Origin: an uncultured Clostridia bacterium
GTDB lineage: Bacteria; Bacillota; Clostridia; Oscillospirales; CAG-382
Length of the DNA stretch: 64,000 nt
Assembly: GCA_944375955.1 (NCBI GenBank)
Contig: CALWBE010000027.1
Span: forward strand, 28,227-92,226
Reading direction: 5' to 3'
Shown: one piece after another, positions 8,729 to 18,035 of the stretch
Layout: each line of letters starts with the position of its first letter
How positions within the stretch are numbered: position 1 is the stretch's first letter
The notes under the pieces: generated by a model
What the model was told of the DNA's origin: nothing
The model's database searches: none
What the model saw: the letters and a program-made list of their open reading frames with translations, nothing else
Made by a program: the position numbers and the translations under genes

Positions 8729-11700
8729 TTACTGACCTTGCGATTCAATATATTGATTATAGTCGTCGATAATTTTTTGCGCATATACTGCGTGATCATC
8801 GGCAGCAACGGCAGACTGGGCTATATTTAAAAGACTTGTTGAATAACTTTGTCCGTAAACTGTCACAATTTCTCCGTAATTATCCGTATAAGTGATATAC
8901 GGACGTACGATATAGTCCTGTGCGTAATTTTTTACTTGTATATCTGTAATACAAACAGTATATGAAACATAATTAGGATTGCTTGTATCATACTTTTTTA
9001 CTGCAGGAACAACAGCGGCATTCGGTGTATTTTTATCAAGCCGTGATTCTGAGGAAAGATATTTCGAAGGAATAACCACAAAACCATATCCGGTTTCTTT
9101 GCCTTCTTCACATAAGATATTATCCTGATTATACCCTTCAATAGCAGAAAGTATATTATATCCTATATTGCAGATAAATCTGAGAGCATTGCCTTGTACG
9201 CGGAACTGAGCTCCTATAACGACAAGTTTGTTTATCATATCTTGAGGTGTGTCAGCTTCCGAATAATCGGAATCAAAATCAATAGCAAAACGTATTTCTG
9301 TAATATTATCTGTTTCAGGAATTACATACAAACCGTTTTCATTCGGCAAAAGCAAATTTCCATTGATTGTTGGAACAAGATTTAAAGAATCCGAATTCAA
9401 TTTAAAACCTGATAAAATTCCGTCGGAAAATACCGGTTCTGCACTGCCGCCGTAAACCATAATTTTATAATCAGCCTGAAGAGAGCTGTCAAAAGAAGCG
9501 ACTGAAAGTTCGGCATTATTTATTACAGCAATATGCTTTTTTGAGCTGTCAGTTTTGTAAACAGGCTTAGACGCATCCTGTTTTATAACAAGGGGAGATG
9601 AAATTTGGTAAATATCAGATCCTTTACTGTTTATTATTACAGCTGTATTACCGGCAGATGCTTTTGAGTCAGGGGCAGAAAAGTTGCTCATATAAATTCC
9701 GTTCGGGAAATCCCCTCCGTATATATTGAAAACAGTGTCTCCGAGTATTGCTCCGTATTTGTAATGTCCGGTATATACATTGTTAAATATACCGCCGTAA
9801 AAATTGTAGTTGATATCATCATTAATTGAAACTACTCCGGTTGTTGAATTTCGAACTCCGGCTATCACTCTCTGAAATTCGCCGCCGTAAAAATTATATT
9901 CGGCTTTTACTGATACCGAAGAACTTCCGGTAGTCCACATATAGAATGCCGCTGCGTCTCCATAGCTGCCACCGTAAATATCTATATAGCTGTTTCCGAG
10001 ATTGTAGGAATTGGTACCGAGATTAAGGGTCATATCTTTTGTTCCGGAAGCGTCGATGTTTCCTGAACTTCCTTTTACGGTATTTTCTGTTATAATGTCT
10101 TTCCCAAGCGTTAATCTAACGCCATTTGAGAATAGTCCGGCTTCGTCAACAGGAGCTTTTATAGTTATACGGTCATAGGTAATATTTCCGCCGTATTTTG
10201 CTGTTCTGCCTGAATCTGTAGTCATAAACCATATACGGTTTTTCTGTTGTTCCTCAAGAGTGCTTCCATATCCGCAAACTGTGACATCTTGTCTTTCGGT
10301 TTCAGATATTTCAAGATCTTCAGCAGTATTTAAAATTATGTCTCCTTCAATATATACATTGCCGCCTGAATTGCCTAAAGAATATACAGCGTCTGCAATA
10401 GAAGTGTAAATTTCAGCTCCGACATTTTCTATATAACCGTCTTCGCTTACATATGCTTTGCCGTTTTCAGTAAATATTTCCGGCATTGAATGTACTAAGC
10501 GTATGCCTGAAATATATAATTTGTCGGTATTGTCAATCTGTTTTAAAGGAGTTGTTCCGTACGGATCGAATTTATACTGCCTGATTTTATAGTTATCTTC
10601 GGAAAAGAATGAAAGAGAATCTTCCAGAGAAATAACGCAGCTTGCCCATTGGTTTGTGACAAGATCAGCGGTTTTGTCAAGCTGCCTTAATGATGAATTA
10701 AAGAATCTCCACCGCATTTGCGGCGCCGGATCAAAAGAACTTTCAGTATCATGATAATAGTAATAATCTATTATTATATACGGAGTAATATTTATATCGG
10801 GAAAAGGGTTGCTCCAGTTGTTCATTATCATGCAGTAATCAGAATTGTAGTTGCTTTCTATCTGATCAATCAGCATGGTGTTTCTGCCTTCAAAAGAAAC
10901 ATTATATTGAATTGTCCCAGCATTTTCGTTGCTGCTCCATCCGTTTTTGTTTATGTCCTCTAGTGAAAACTCATATGAAGGATAAGCCTCTTTTCCTCCT
11001 TCAATTATTATTTCGGTCTTCAAAATTTCGCTTTTGGCATTATAATCATCAGCCGCATAAACGGATATTGAGATATCTTCATTTTTAGGAAGATTTGTGA
11101 ACGTATATGAGTATGTTCTGTTGTTTAATACTGACGCGTCGGCGTAATCGTAGTAAAAAGATGTCAGTTCATGGGTTTCAGAATGACCGTTTTTCGTTTC
11201 AGCAGAGAGAAAATAAGATATTACTCTAATATCATCTGATGCTGCCGGAAATGAAACGGAGACTGAATAGTCATCGTTTATTTCGGCTGAGATTTCAGAC
11301 TTTTGAGCGAATACAGGAGCTGTGTTTTCCGAGCTTCTTGTTTCAAAAGTGTATTTGTCAAGATGACTTCCGTCAGGAGAGATATTTGAAATTATCCAAG
11401 GTTCTCCTATAATTTTAATATCTCCGTTTTCAAGGTCTGAATTGTAAAAATCAATTCGGTTTATTCTAACATTTCCTGAAGTGTCAACTTCGACATATTG
11501 CCCCTGCGATAAGTTGCGGTATTCTGCTCCGCTGTATCCTGAAAAGCCCTGTCCGTTTTCCGGAAGGGTGTTTGCGTACAATGAGAAATATTTGGCATAA
11601 CCGTATTGCACGGCTCCTGTGTCAACAGCGGTAAAAGTACCTTTGCCTCCCTGCCATATAGACAGTTCACGATTTAGAAGAGAATGTTCATGACCGCCCC

Positions 11701-12658
11701 ATATAATTACCTGAGGGTATTTTGTAAGTACAGGCATAAGATCTGAAGATGCGGACGAAGCGCTTGGAAGAATTGTATTTTTTACTCTTGCGTGACTTGC
11801 TATAAATACTGCTTTTGACGGATTTTGGGTAGTAATAGCAGAAAGAGTTTCATCAAGCCAAGCTATTGTTTCATCCGAATAAGAAGCGTCGTATGTTTCG
11901 GGTTCAACGGTTATGAAATTATATCCGTTTATTTCCACTATACGATTTCCGTAGTCAAGTCCGTCTGCGCCTAAATATTTGTCTTTGCCGTAAAAAAACT
12001 CATAATTAGGGCCTGATTTTTCATCATATTCTGTTATAAGACTCTTGTTGTATTGACAAATTTGTTCTGCAGTTGCGGAAGGATTTCCGGGAATTTCATT
12101 TTGCCATTGGTAACCGGATATAATTTTCTGATATAATTTTGCCGAATAAAATCCGGTAGTATCCGGTACTCCGTTTTCATTAAGTCCTATACCTCCGGCT
12201 GTGTCGTGGTTGCCGTTAGCATATATTAATGCGGTTCTGTCAGTTTTGTCTGCAGAATTGAAATTTTCAAGAGTTATATCTCGGAAAGCGGCAATTTCCT
12301 TATAATTTTGTTCAAGTTTAGTAGACAAAGACGATATATTTCCGCTCGAATTCATTGCGTCGGTAATATCTCCGTCAATAAAAACTGCATCAAGCTTTGT
12401 GCTTCCGTCCTGGTTTTTTCCAGCAATTGAAAGGAGCGCTTTGTATGCCCGGTCAAGTTTCTGATTGCCGGCTATGTTCCACGTACCGCTCATATGAATA
12501 TCAGAAAGTACACCAAAACGCAAAACAATATTGTTTTCGTCAAATTCATCAGAATTTGTTCCTGCAGCGTAAATATAAGCTGTAGGTAATAGAGACATAA
12601 ATATTGCGGCAATAGTAATAAAAACTGTAATTTTTTTCAGTTTTATAAGATATTGCAT
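8729..12658 (-). CDS. Large secreted multidomain protein: N-terminal calcineurin-like metallophosphoesterase plus several beta-rich domains
   Basis: The start was moved to ATG 12658 (AAGGAG 7 nt upstream; MQYLIKLKKITVFITIAAIF... signal peptide). Metallophosphoesterase motifs are present: LSDIHM, DGDITD, GNHD, GGHEH. Downstream there are five spaced copies of a (Y/F)N(F/I)YGGxF-like motif and a roughly 140-aa domain shared with the neighbouring AraC protein. Confidence 0.85.
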   Translation of the reverse strand: MQYLIKLKKITVFITIAAIFMSLLPTAYIYAAGTNSDEFDENNIVLRFGVLSDIHMSGTWNIAGNQKLDRAYKALLSIAGKNQDGSTKLDAVFIDGDITDAMNSSGNISSLSTKLEQNYKEIAAFRDITLENFNSADKTDRTALIYANGNHDTAGGIGLNENGVPDTTGFYSAKLYQKIISGYQWQNEIPGNPSATAEQICQYNKSLITEYDEKSGPNYEFFYGKDKYLGADGLDYGNRIVEINGYNFITVEPETYDASYSDETIAWLDETLSAITTQNPSKAVFIASHARVKNTILPSASSASSDLMPVLTKYPQVIIWGGHEHSLLNRELSIWQGGKGTFTAVDTGAVQYGYAKYFSLYANTLPENGQGFSGYSGAEYRNLSQGQYVEVDTSGNVRINRIDFYNSDLENGDIKIIGEPWIISNISPDGSHLDKYTFETRSSENTAPVFAQKSEISAEINDDYSVSVSFPAASDDIRVISYFLSAETKNGHSETHELTSFYYDYADASVLNNRTYSYTFTNLPKNEDISISVYAADDYNAKSEILKTEIIIEGGKEAYPSYEFSLEDINKNGWSSNENAGTIQYNVSFEGRNTMLIDQIESNYNSDYCMIMNNWSNPFPDINITPYIIIDYYYYHDTESSFDPAPQMRWRFFNSSLRQLDKTADLVTNQWASCVISLEDSLSFFSEDNYKIRQYKFDPYGTTPLKQIDNTDKLYISGIRLVHSMPEIFTENGKAYVSEDGYIENVGAEIYTSIADAVYSLGNSGGNVYIEGDIILNTAEDLEISETERQDVTVCGYGSTLEEQQKNRIWFMTTDSGRTAKYGGNITYDRITIKAPVDEAGLFSNGVRLTLGKDIITENTVKGSSGNIDASGTKDMTLNLGTNSYNLGNSYIDIYGGSYGDAAAFYMWTTGSSSVSVKAEYNFYGGEFQRVIAGVRNSTTGVVSINDDINYNFYGGIFNNVYTGHYKYGAILGDTVFNIYGGDFPNGIYMSNFSAPDSKASAGNTAVIINSKGSDIYQISSPLVIKQDASKPVYKTDSSKKHIAVINNAELSVASFDSSLQADYKIMVYGGSAEPVFSDGILSGFKLNSDSLNLVPTINGNLLLPNENGLYVIPETDNITEIRFAIDFDSDYSEADTPQDMINKLVVIGAQFRVQGNALRFICNIGYNILSAIEGYNQDNILCEEGKETGYGFVVIPSKYLSSESRLDKNTPNAAVVPAVKKYDTSNPNYVSYTVCITDIQVKNYAQDYIVRPYITYTDNYGEIVTVYGQSYSTSLLNIAQSAVAADDHAVYAQKIIDDYNQYIESQGQ

Positions 12659-12738
12659 GTTTTTTCTCCTTTTTGACAAATATTTTATTGCTTCTATAAT
12701 TATTATATCTTAATATATTTTTGTTTAAATACAGAAAA

Positions 12739-14181
12739 ATGCTGATAAAGTGGACAAATCAGCTATTGACTCAAAATAATTTTTTTGATACACTGAATAT
12801 GGCGGTGATAGATGTGGATCAAAGAAATATTAATTCAGACAATATTAAATTGTTTAGCAGCATATCATGCGAATTTTGTTTACTTGTTTCAGACGGTATA
12901 TGTCCTGTCTTAAACAGTGATTTCCGAATAATTTATACATTAACTGGAAGTATATCTGTAAAATGTTCAGGAATAAATAGTGTTTGCAGCAAAGGTGAGC
13001 TGACGATATTGTCCAAAGAACAATCGCCGGAACTTTTTCCGGACAGTTTTTTTTCTGCTTATTTTGTTGATTTTTCAGGTAAAAGGATATTTGAGATTAT
13101 CGATTTACTGCAGTTAAAAACCGGAAAAATTTATAATATTAAAGCGGACAATATTTTATCAGCTTTTGAACAGATGGAAACTGAATTTTCATTATACATA
13201 AATTTAGGATATAAATTATCGTTGGCAGCATCAATTGTGCATATTTTAACAGCGGTGTCTAGAAATGTTAACAGTATAGTTATTCCCGGGGATAATATAG
13301 GAATAGACGGATTTTCGTGGAAAGATATCGCAATACGCAAAGTTGGGATATTTCATGGCAGAAAGTCAATTATGGTAACACCTAATGTTGAGAATGCCGG
13401 AATTGTCGTACTGGAAAATTATTCTTTGGCAGATTATAAAATAGATTTAAAAAAATTTAAATATGTACAGATGAGTTATTATTATGAAAGTGAAGAAACA
13501 TGTCAAAGATATGCGAGTATACGTATTTTAAGATTGTATTCTGATGAGGAACATTTAAAAAGAGACGAGTATTTTTCAATATATAATGAGTATTATCATA
13601 ACGAGTTTTTTGTGCCTATTGTACGCAACAGATGGGCTCATGCAACATTTTATCTTGATTTTTCTGAAGATATATCCGGTGTAATAAGAGATTGCAGCAG
13701 CGCTTTATTAAGGCAAATCAAAATAAATCCGTTTGGTATATTGCCGGCGGCAGAACTTCCACCGAATGATAAAATGTATATTTCTTCTATAACTTTTTAT
13801 AAAGAGGATCCGAATATATTAAATTACAGAGATGAAAACAAAAGTATTTTAGATGTATTAGATCTTATGAACGAACATTATAATCAGGATAAAGGATTAA
13901 ATTTTTATGCGGACGCTTGTTTTTTGAGTGTATCGCGTTTCAGTCATTGGTTTAAACAGCAAATGGGGATGTCACCTGCAAAATATATAAATGATTTGCG
14001 TATCGGATATGCTAAAAGTTACCTTACTGCTTATTATACAAATTCGATTGAGTATGTATCAAGGCAATGTGGGTATAAAGACCAGCATTATTTTTCAAGG
14101 GTATTTAAAAAAAATGTAGGCATGACGCCTACAGAATACAGAAAAAATTTGAAAATAAAAAATAAAAAATTCCGTCTGTGA
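12739..14181 (+). CDS. AraC family transcriptional regulator, atypically long, with an inserted domain
   Basis: The C-terminal dual HTH of AraC/XylS is present (SVSRFSHWFKQQMGMSPAKYINDLRIGYAKSYL...GYKDQHYFSRVFKKNVGMTPTEYR). The start is uncertain (ATG 12739 chosen; the track gives TTG 12721; ATG 12799 is also possible). Confidence 0.8.
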   Translation: MLIKWTNQLLTQNNFFDTLNMAVIDVDQRNINSDNIKLFSSISCEFCLLVSDGICPVLNSDFRIIYTLTGSISVKCSGINSVCSKGELTILSKEQSPELFPDSFFSAYFVDFSGKRIFEIIDLLQLKTGKIYNIKADNILSAFEQMETEFSLYINLGYKLSLAASIVHILTAVSRNVNSIVIPGDNIGIDGFSWKDIAIRKVGIFHGRKSIMVTPNVENAGIVVLENYSLADYKIDLKKFKYVQMSYYYESEETCQRYASIRILRLYSDEEHLKRDEYFSIYNEYYHNEFFVPIVRNRWAHATFYLDFSEDISGVIRDCSSALLRQIKINPFGILPAAELPPNDKMYISSITFYKEDPNILNYRDENKSILDVLDLMNEHYNQDKGLNFYADACFLSVSRFSHWFKQQMGMSPAKYINDLRIGYAKSYLTAYYTNSIEYVSRQCGYKDQHYFSRVFKKNVGMTPTEYRKNLKIKNKKFRL

Positions 14182-14199
14182 TACCAGACGGAATTTTTT
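14170..14199. terminator. Bidirectional terminator between the AraC gene and the SGNH hydrolase gene
   Basis: TTCCGTCTG / CAGACGGAA hairpin (14170-14193) with an A-run before and TTTTTT after. It overlaps the AraC stop codon. Confidence 0.8.
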
Positions 14200-14207
14200 A
14201 TTAATTA

Positions 14208-14867
14208 TTAAATAATTTTATGTTCATAATCAAAATCGCAGTGCTTTAAAAATTCTCTTGCCATTAAGAGAGCTCCTACGCGGTTTGGATGAACCCTGTC
14301 CCAGGCTATATAGGCTGAGTGACGTGATTTGCAGTAATTTTCAAACATAAGCTGAAAATCAATAAATACGCAGCCGTGTTTTTCAGACAAATCTCTGCAT
14401 ATAGCGGTATACTCGTCCATTCTTTTACGCATGGGATCATTTCTGTTCGGTTCAATATAATACGGAGAAGCGATAAAAACGCCCTTTACCTTATTTTTAA
14501 GCATAGAGATCATTTTTTCTATATTTCTGCTGTATTCCTCTGGAGTTACCTGATCGTTTACCTGCGGAAGATCAAATTGGCGCCATACATCGTTTATGCC
14601 TATGCATATGGATACCCAATCGGGTGACTGTGAAATTACGTCGCGTTCGAAGCGTTCAAGAAGAGTGCGGCTTGTATTGCCGGAAATACCGGCATTTACA
14701 ACTCTTGTCAGCACTTCCGGATAGCAAGCTGACAAAAGATTTTCAATCTCACGAACATATCCATTGCCTAATGCGTCAAACAATCCTTCTCCTACAGGAT
14801 TAGCACTGCCCATGTCGGTGACAGAGTCTCCGGCAAAAAGAATTTTTTCATAATCTTTGAAAATCAT
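14208..14867 (-). CDS. SGNH/GDSL family hydrolase (lipase/acylhydrolase-like)
   Basis: 219 aa with all four SGNH blocks: FAGDSVTD, GISGNTS, GINDV, DRVHPN. Confidence 0.88.
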   Translation of the reverse strand: MIFKDYEKILFAGDSVTDMGSANPVGEGLFDALGNGYVREIENLLSACYPEVLTRVVNAGISGNTSRTLLERFERDVISQSPDWVSICIGINDVWRQFDLPQVNDQVTPEEYSRNIEKMISMLKNKVKGVFIASPYYIEPNRNDPMRKRMDEYTAICRDLSEKHGCVFIDFQLMFENYCKSRHSAYIAWDRVHPNRVGALLMAREFLKHCDFDYEHKII

Positions 14868-14908
14868 AATTTATCCTTTCTCCGGCTGATTTGCCGGAAA
14901 CAATATTA

Positions 14909-15610
14909 TTATATTGTTTTGCCGATGTAATCTATATCGTCTTTAAATATCTGCCAAGGTTCAGCAGAAGTATCGGGGAGGGAGTAAAAAGTTTCTGATT
15001 TTTTTGAACCGGGATTCATAAAACCTACGGAGTATGACCATAAACCTATTGAAGAAAACATGTCCTTAGCTCCGTATTTTTTATCTCCGGCAAGCGAAAA
15101 TCCGCGGGAGGCAAACTGAACCCGTATCTGATGAGTTCTTCCGGTATTTAAGGATATTTTCACAAGCGATATATCGTTTTCTTCAGAATAAGCGACGGTT
15201 TTATAATAAAGTGAAGCTTCTTTTGCACCTCGGCGGGGTTTGTCGACAACAAAACTTTTTCCTAAAAAACGATCATAAAAAAGCAGGTCTTTCATTTCGC
15301 CGCCTTCTTCGGGAGTTTTCCCGTGTACTTCTGCTATATATTGCTTTATAAAATAAATCCTTCCGGCAATTTGTGAAGAAAGTTCTGCTGCGGCATTCCT
15401 ATTTTTGGCATAAACCATTATTCCTCCTACGCCTCGGTCAAGACGATGAATAACTCCGACATAGGGTTCGGTTTCTTTTTCCGAAAGGTATGAAAAGATA
15501 ATACTGTACAAATTCTCGCCTTCTGAGTCGTCCGGCTGAGATAAAAGCCCTGAGGGCTTTTCGCATACGATAACTTGATTGTCCTCATAAATTATTTTAA
15601 GAGGTGGCAT
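14909..15610 (-). CDS. RluA family pseudouridine synthase
   Basis: 233 aa. IIYEDNQVIVCEKPSGLLSQP and the catalytic-Asp block VIHRLDRGVGGIMVYAKN, with the C-terminal GRTHQIRVQ motif. Confidence 0.88.
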   Translation of the reverse strand: MPPLKIIYEDNQVIVCEKPSGLLSQPDDSEGENLYSIIFSYLSEKETEPYVGVIHRLDRGVGGIMVYAKNRNAAAELSSQIAGRIYFIKQYIAEVHGKTPEEGGEMKDLLFYDRFLGKSFVVDKPRRGAKEASLYYKTVAYSEENDISLVKISLNTGRTHQIRVQFASRGFSLAGDKKYGAKDMFSSIGLWSYSVGFMNPGSKKSETFYSLPDTSAEPWQIFKDDIDYIGKTI

Positions 15611-15798
15611 AAGATTTATTCCCTCGAAAGCTTCCTTCTGATTTTATTTTTTATTATATAATAAAAGAAATTACAAGTCAACATTTTTACCATAATACCG
15701 CAAAAAAATACAAAAAACGAGTAACTGTCCCGTTTTTTGTACAGATAAACATATATAATGAAACTGAAAGATAAAAACTCAGAAAGAAGGCATGAAAA

Positions 15799-16095
15799 AT
15801 GATGAAAAAAATAAGAAATTCTGTTATATTGATATGTGCACTGTTTTGCTGGGGTGTTGCCGGAAGCCTTGAACTGGAGAGACTTACAATGCTTGAAGCG
15901 TCTTTTTATATTTGTATATCTGCTGCAATATGTGCGGGAGCATTTTTCTCGGAATTTATATTTAGGGCGTTGAAAATTTATTTGCGCATACGCATATATT
16001 CACGGCGCAGGAAAAATACTGCAGGTAACTCTTTAAAAACAAAAGCTTCACGCAAGACGGAATTTTCATCTCATAAAACCGTAAAAACTGCGTGA
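15799..16095 (+). CDS. Hypothetical small membrane protein
   Basis: 98 aa with two predicted hydrophobic helices and a basic tail. AGAAAGAAGG lies upstream. No family recognised. Confidence 0.45.
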   Translation: MMKKIRNSVILICALFCWGVAGSLELERLTMLEASFYICISAAICAGAFFSEFIFRALKIYLRIRIYSRRRKNTAGNSLKTKASRKTEFSSHKTVKTA

Positions 16096-16237
16096 TAATA
16101 TAAATAGCCGCTTTTTTTAAAAGTAATATTCGTGAAAAGTGAATGAACGGAAAATAAAAGACAGCGGATGACAGAAAAAGTTTTATTCGTGCAAGTATTA
16201 TTAAAAGGTAAAAAAACGGTAAATTTACAGTAAATCA

Positions 16238-16266
16238 TTGAAAAATTTCGTTTTAGGGTGTATACT
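16238..16266 (+). promoter_or_regulatory. Sigma-A promoter (extended -10) upstream of the DUF1858 gene
   Basis: TTGAAA (16238-16243), 17-nt spacer ending in TG, TATACT (16261-16266). Confidence 0.6.
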
Positions 16267-16307
16267 ATATAGGTAAAATATTTAGATAAAAATGGAGGAT
16301 AAGAAAA

Positions 16308-16511
16308 ATGACTCAGATAACAAAAGATACAATTATTGGAGATATTCTCGATGCGGAAAAAGACTGCTCTAAGTTTTTCCTTGAAATAGGCATGCATTGC
16401 CTCGGCTGTCCTTCGGCAAGGGGGGAAACTGTAGAACAGGCATGTGAGGTTCACGGTGTAGACTGCGACGAGCTGGTTGAAAAGATCAATGATTTCCTCG
16501 CTTCCAAATAA
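16308..16511 (+). CDS. DUF1858 / hybrid-cluster-protein-associated redox disulfide domain protein
   Basis: 67 aa. TIIGDIL...FLEIGMHCLGCPSARGETVEQAC..HGVD is the characteristic small CxxC protein. Strong GGAGGA RBS. Confidence 0.8.
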   Translation: MTQITKDTIIGDILDAEKDCSKFFLEIGMHCLGCPSARGETVEQACEVHGVDCDELVEKINDFLASK

Positions 16512-17259
16512 AAGGCGCCGTATCGGAAAACGGCTGAAAACGGTGGCAGAATCTGCCGCCGTTCGTTTATCATCTGAAACTTTTGAAGAAACGCTCTGTG
16601 CGGTCGATGTAGGAACAGACCACGCAAAGCTCGCCATAGCTTTAATAGCGGATTACGGGTTTGAAAGCGTTGCGGCAACCGATATAAACGAAGGCCCTTG
16701 CGCCGCAGCTTTAAAGAATATAAGATCTGCCGGTGACAATATTTGTGATAAAATAAAAGTGATAAAGACGGACGGACTTAACGGACTTGAAAATATAAAG
16801 TGCAACAGGATAATAATAGCCGGAATGGGCGGCGAACTTATAGTGAAAATATTGTCGGAAGCCGAATTTACAAGGGAAAAGCAGGGGCGTATAAAATTTG
16901 TGCTGCAGCCGCAGTCTAAAGAGTATGCTTTGCGCAGATATCTTTATGAAAACGGATATTTTATAATAGATGAGAGATGGATAGAGGACGCAGGAAAGGA
17001 ATACTGCGTTATATCTGCAGTTTATGACGGTTTAATTCGCAGCGGTACGCTTTTTGAGATGTATTTCGGAAGGTTTGGAGCGGAACGCGCAGAGCAGGCG
17101 TTTGTGAAGTTTTTTTATAAAAAATACAGAGCGTTAAGAGAGAGTGCCGAACAGCGGAAAAACAGGGTTCATGGAGAAAGCAAAGATATTTATAAGGATG
17201 AAGAACTGCTTTTAAAACAGATGAAAGAATATATGGCTGAAAGGAACTGGATGATATGA
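16489..17259 (+). CDS. trmK: tRNA (adenine22-N1)-methyltransferase TrmK
   Basis: IGKRLKTVAES...VDVGTDHAKLAIAL...IIIAGMGGELI matches TrmK (YqfN). The Nif3 gene follows, as in Bacillus. The start is uncertain (ATG 16489 or TTG 16477); both overlap the upstream gene. Confidence 0.85.
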   Translation: MISSLPNKRRRIGKRLKTVAESAAVRLSSETFEETLCAVDVGTDHAKLAIALIADYGFESVAATDINEGPCAAALKNIRSAGDNICDKIKVIKTDGLNGLENIKCNRIIIAGMGGELIVKILSEAEFTREKQGRIKFVLQPQSKEYALRRYLYENGYFIIDERWIEDAGKEYCVISAVYDGLIRSGTLFEMYFGRFGAERAEQAFVKFFYKKYRALRESAEQRKNRVHGESKDIYKDEELLLKQMKEYMAERNWMI

Positions 17260-18017
17260 TAACGGTAAAAGATATTGACGAATTTATGAGTTCGTGGGCG
17301 GATCCTAAATATTCCGAGTCTTGGGATAATGACGGAATAATGTTTTGCGGAGATTTGTCTTATGAGGTTAAGAAGCTGTTAATATGTCTTGATATCAATG
17401 AAAAAACCGTGAAGGATGCGGAAGATTTTAAAGCTGATCTTATAATTACTCACCATCCTTTCATATTTAATGCTTTAAAAAGGATACAGGACAGAAATTG
17501 GCAATACATATCAAGGCTTGTGGAATCGGGGATATCCGTATTGTCTTATCATACCAGACTTGATGCGGCACCGGGCGGAGTCAACGACGTTCTTGCAGAA
17601 AAGATAGGTCTTTCGGATACTCGCAGCTTCGGAGGAGAAAAGGGAATAGGGCGCGTGGGAAAGCTTGCAGCTCCGATGAAGGCGCAGGATTTTTCAGAGC
17701 TTCTTAAAAATGTTTTAGGATGCGGAACAATGCGCTGTTTTATGAATGAAAAAATGATTTCAGAAGTATCTGTAATAGGCGGAGGGGGAAAGGATTTTAT
17801 ATTTGAAGCGGCTCATATATCAGACGCTTATGTCACCGCTGATCTTTCTCACAATTCATTTATAACTGCGAGCGAACTCGGTATAAGTATATTTGACGCC
17901 GGACATTATCATACAGAAAATCCTGTAGTAAGCCGTGTGGCTGAAAAAATTAAGGAAGAGTTTCCGCATATAGCGGTAAAAATTGGGGATTCAGGATGCC
18001 CGTTTGTGTTAAATTAA
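17256..18017 (+). CDS. Nif3-like dinuclear metal centre protein (YqfO family)
   Basis: 253 aa. WDNDGIMF, LIITHHPFIF, and a C-terminal GHYHTE motif. ATGA overlap with trmK. Confidence 0.88.
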   Translation: MITVKDIDEFMSSWADPKYSESWDNDGIMFCGDLSYEVKKLLICLDINEKTVKDAEDFKADLIITHHPFIFNALKRIQDRNWQYISRLVESGISVLSYHTRLDAAPGGVNDVLAEKIGLSDTRSFGGEKGIGRVGKLAAPMKAQDFSELLKNVLGCGTMRCFMNEKMISEVSVIGGGGKDFIFEAAHISDAYVTADLSHNSFITASELGISIFDAGHYHTENPVVSRVAEKIKEEFPHIAVKIGDSGCPFVLN

Positions 18018-18035
18018 TAATTGAAAGGATAAAAA

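Noticed and set aside
16071-16678. 188-aa and 75-aa minus-strand ORFs
   Set aside because: They are antisense to the well-supported DUF1858 and trmK genes, and have no RBS or recognisable motif.
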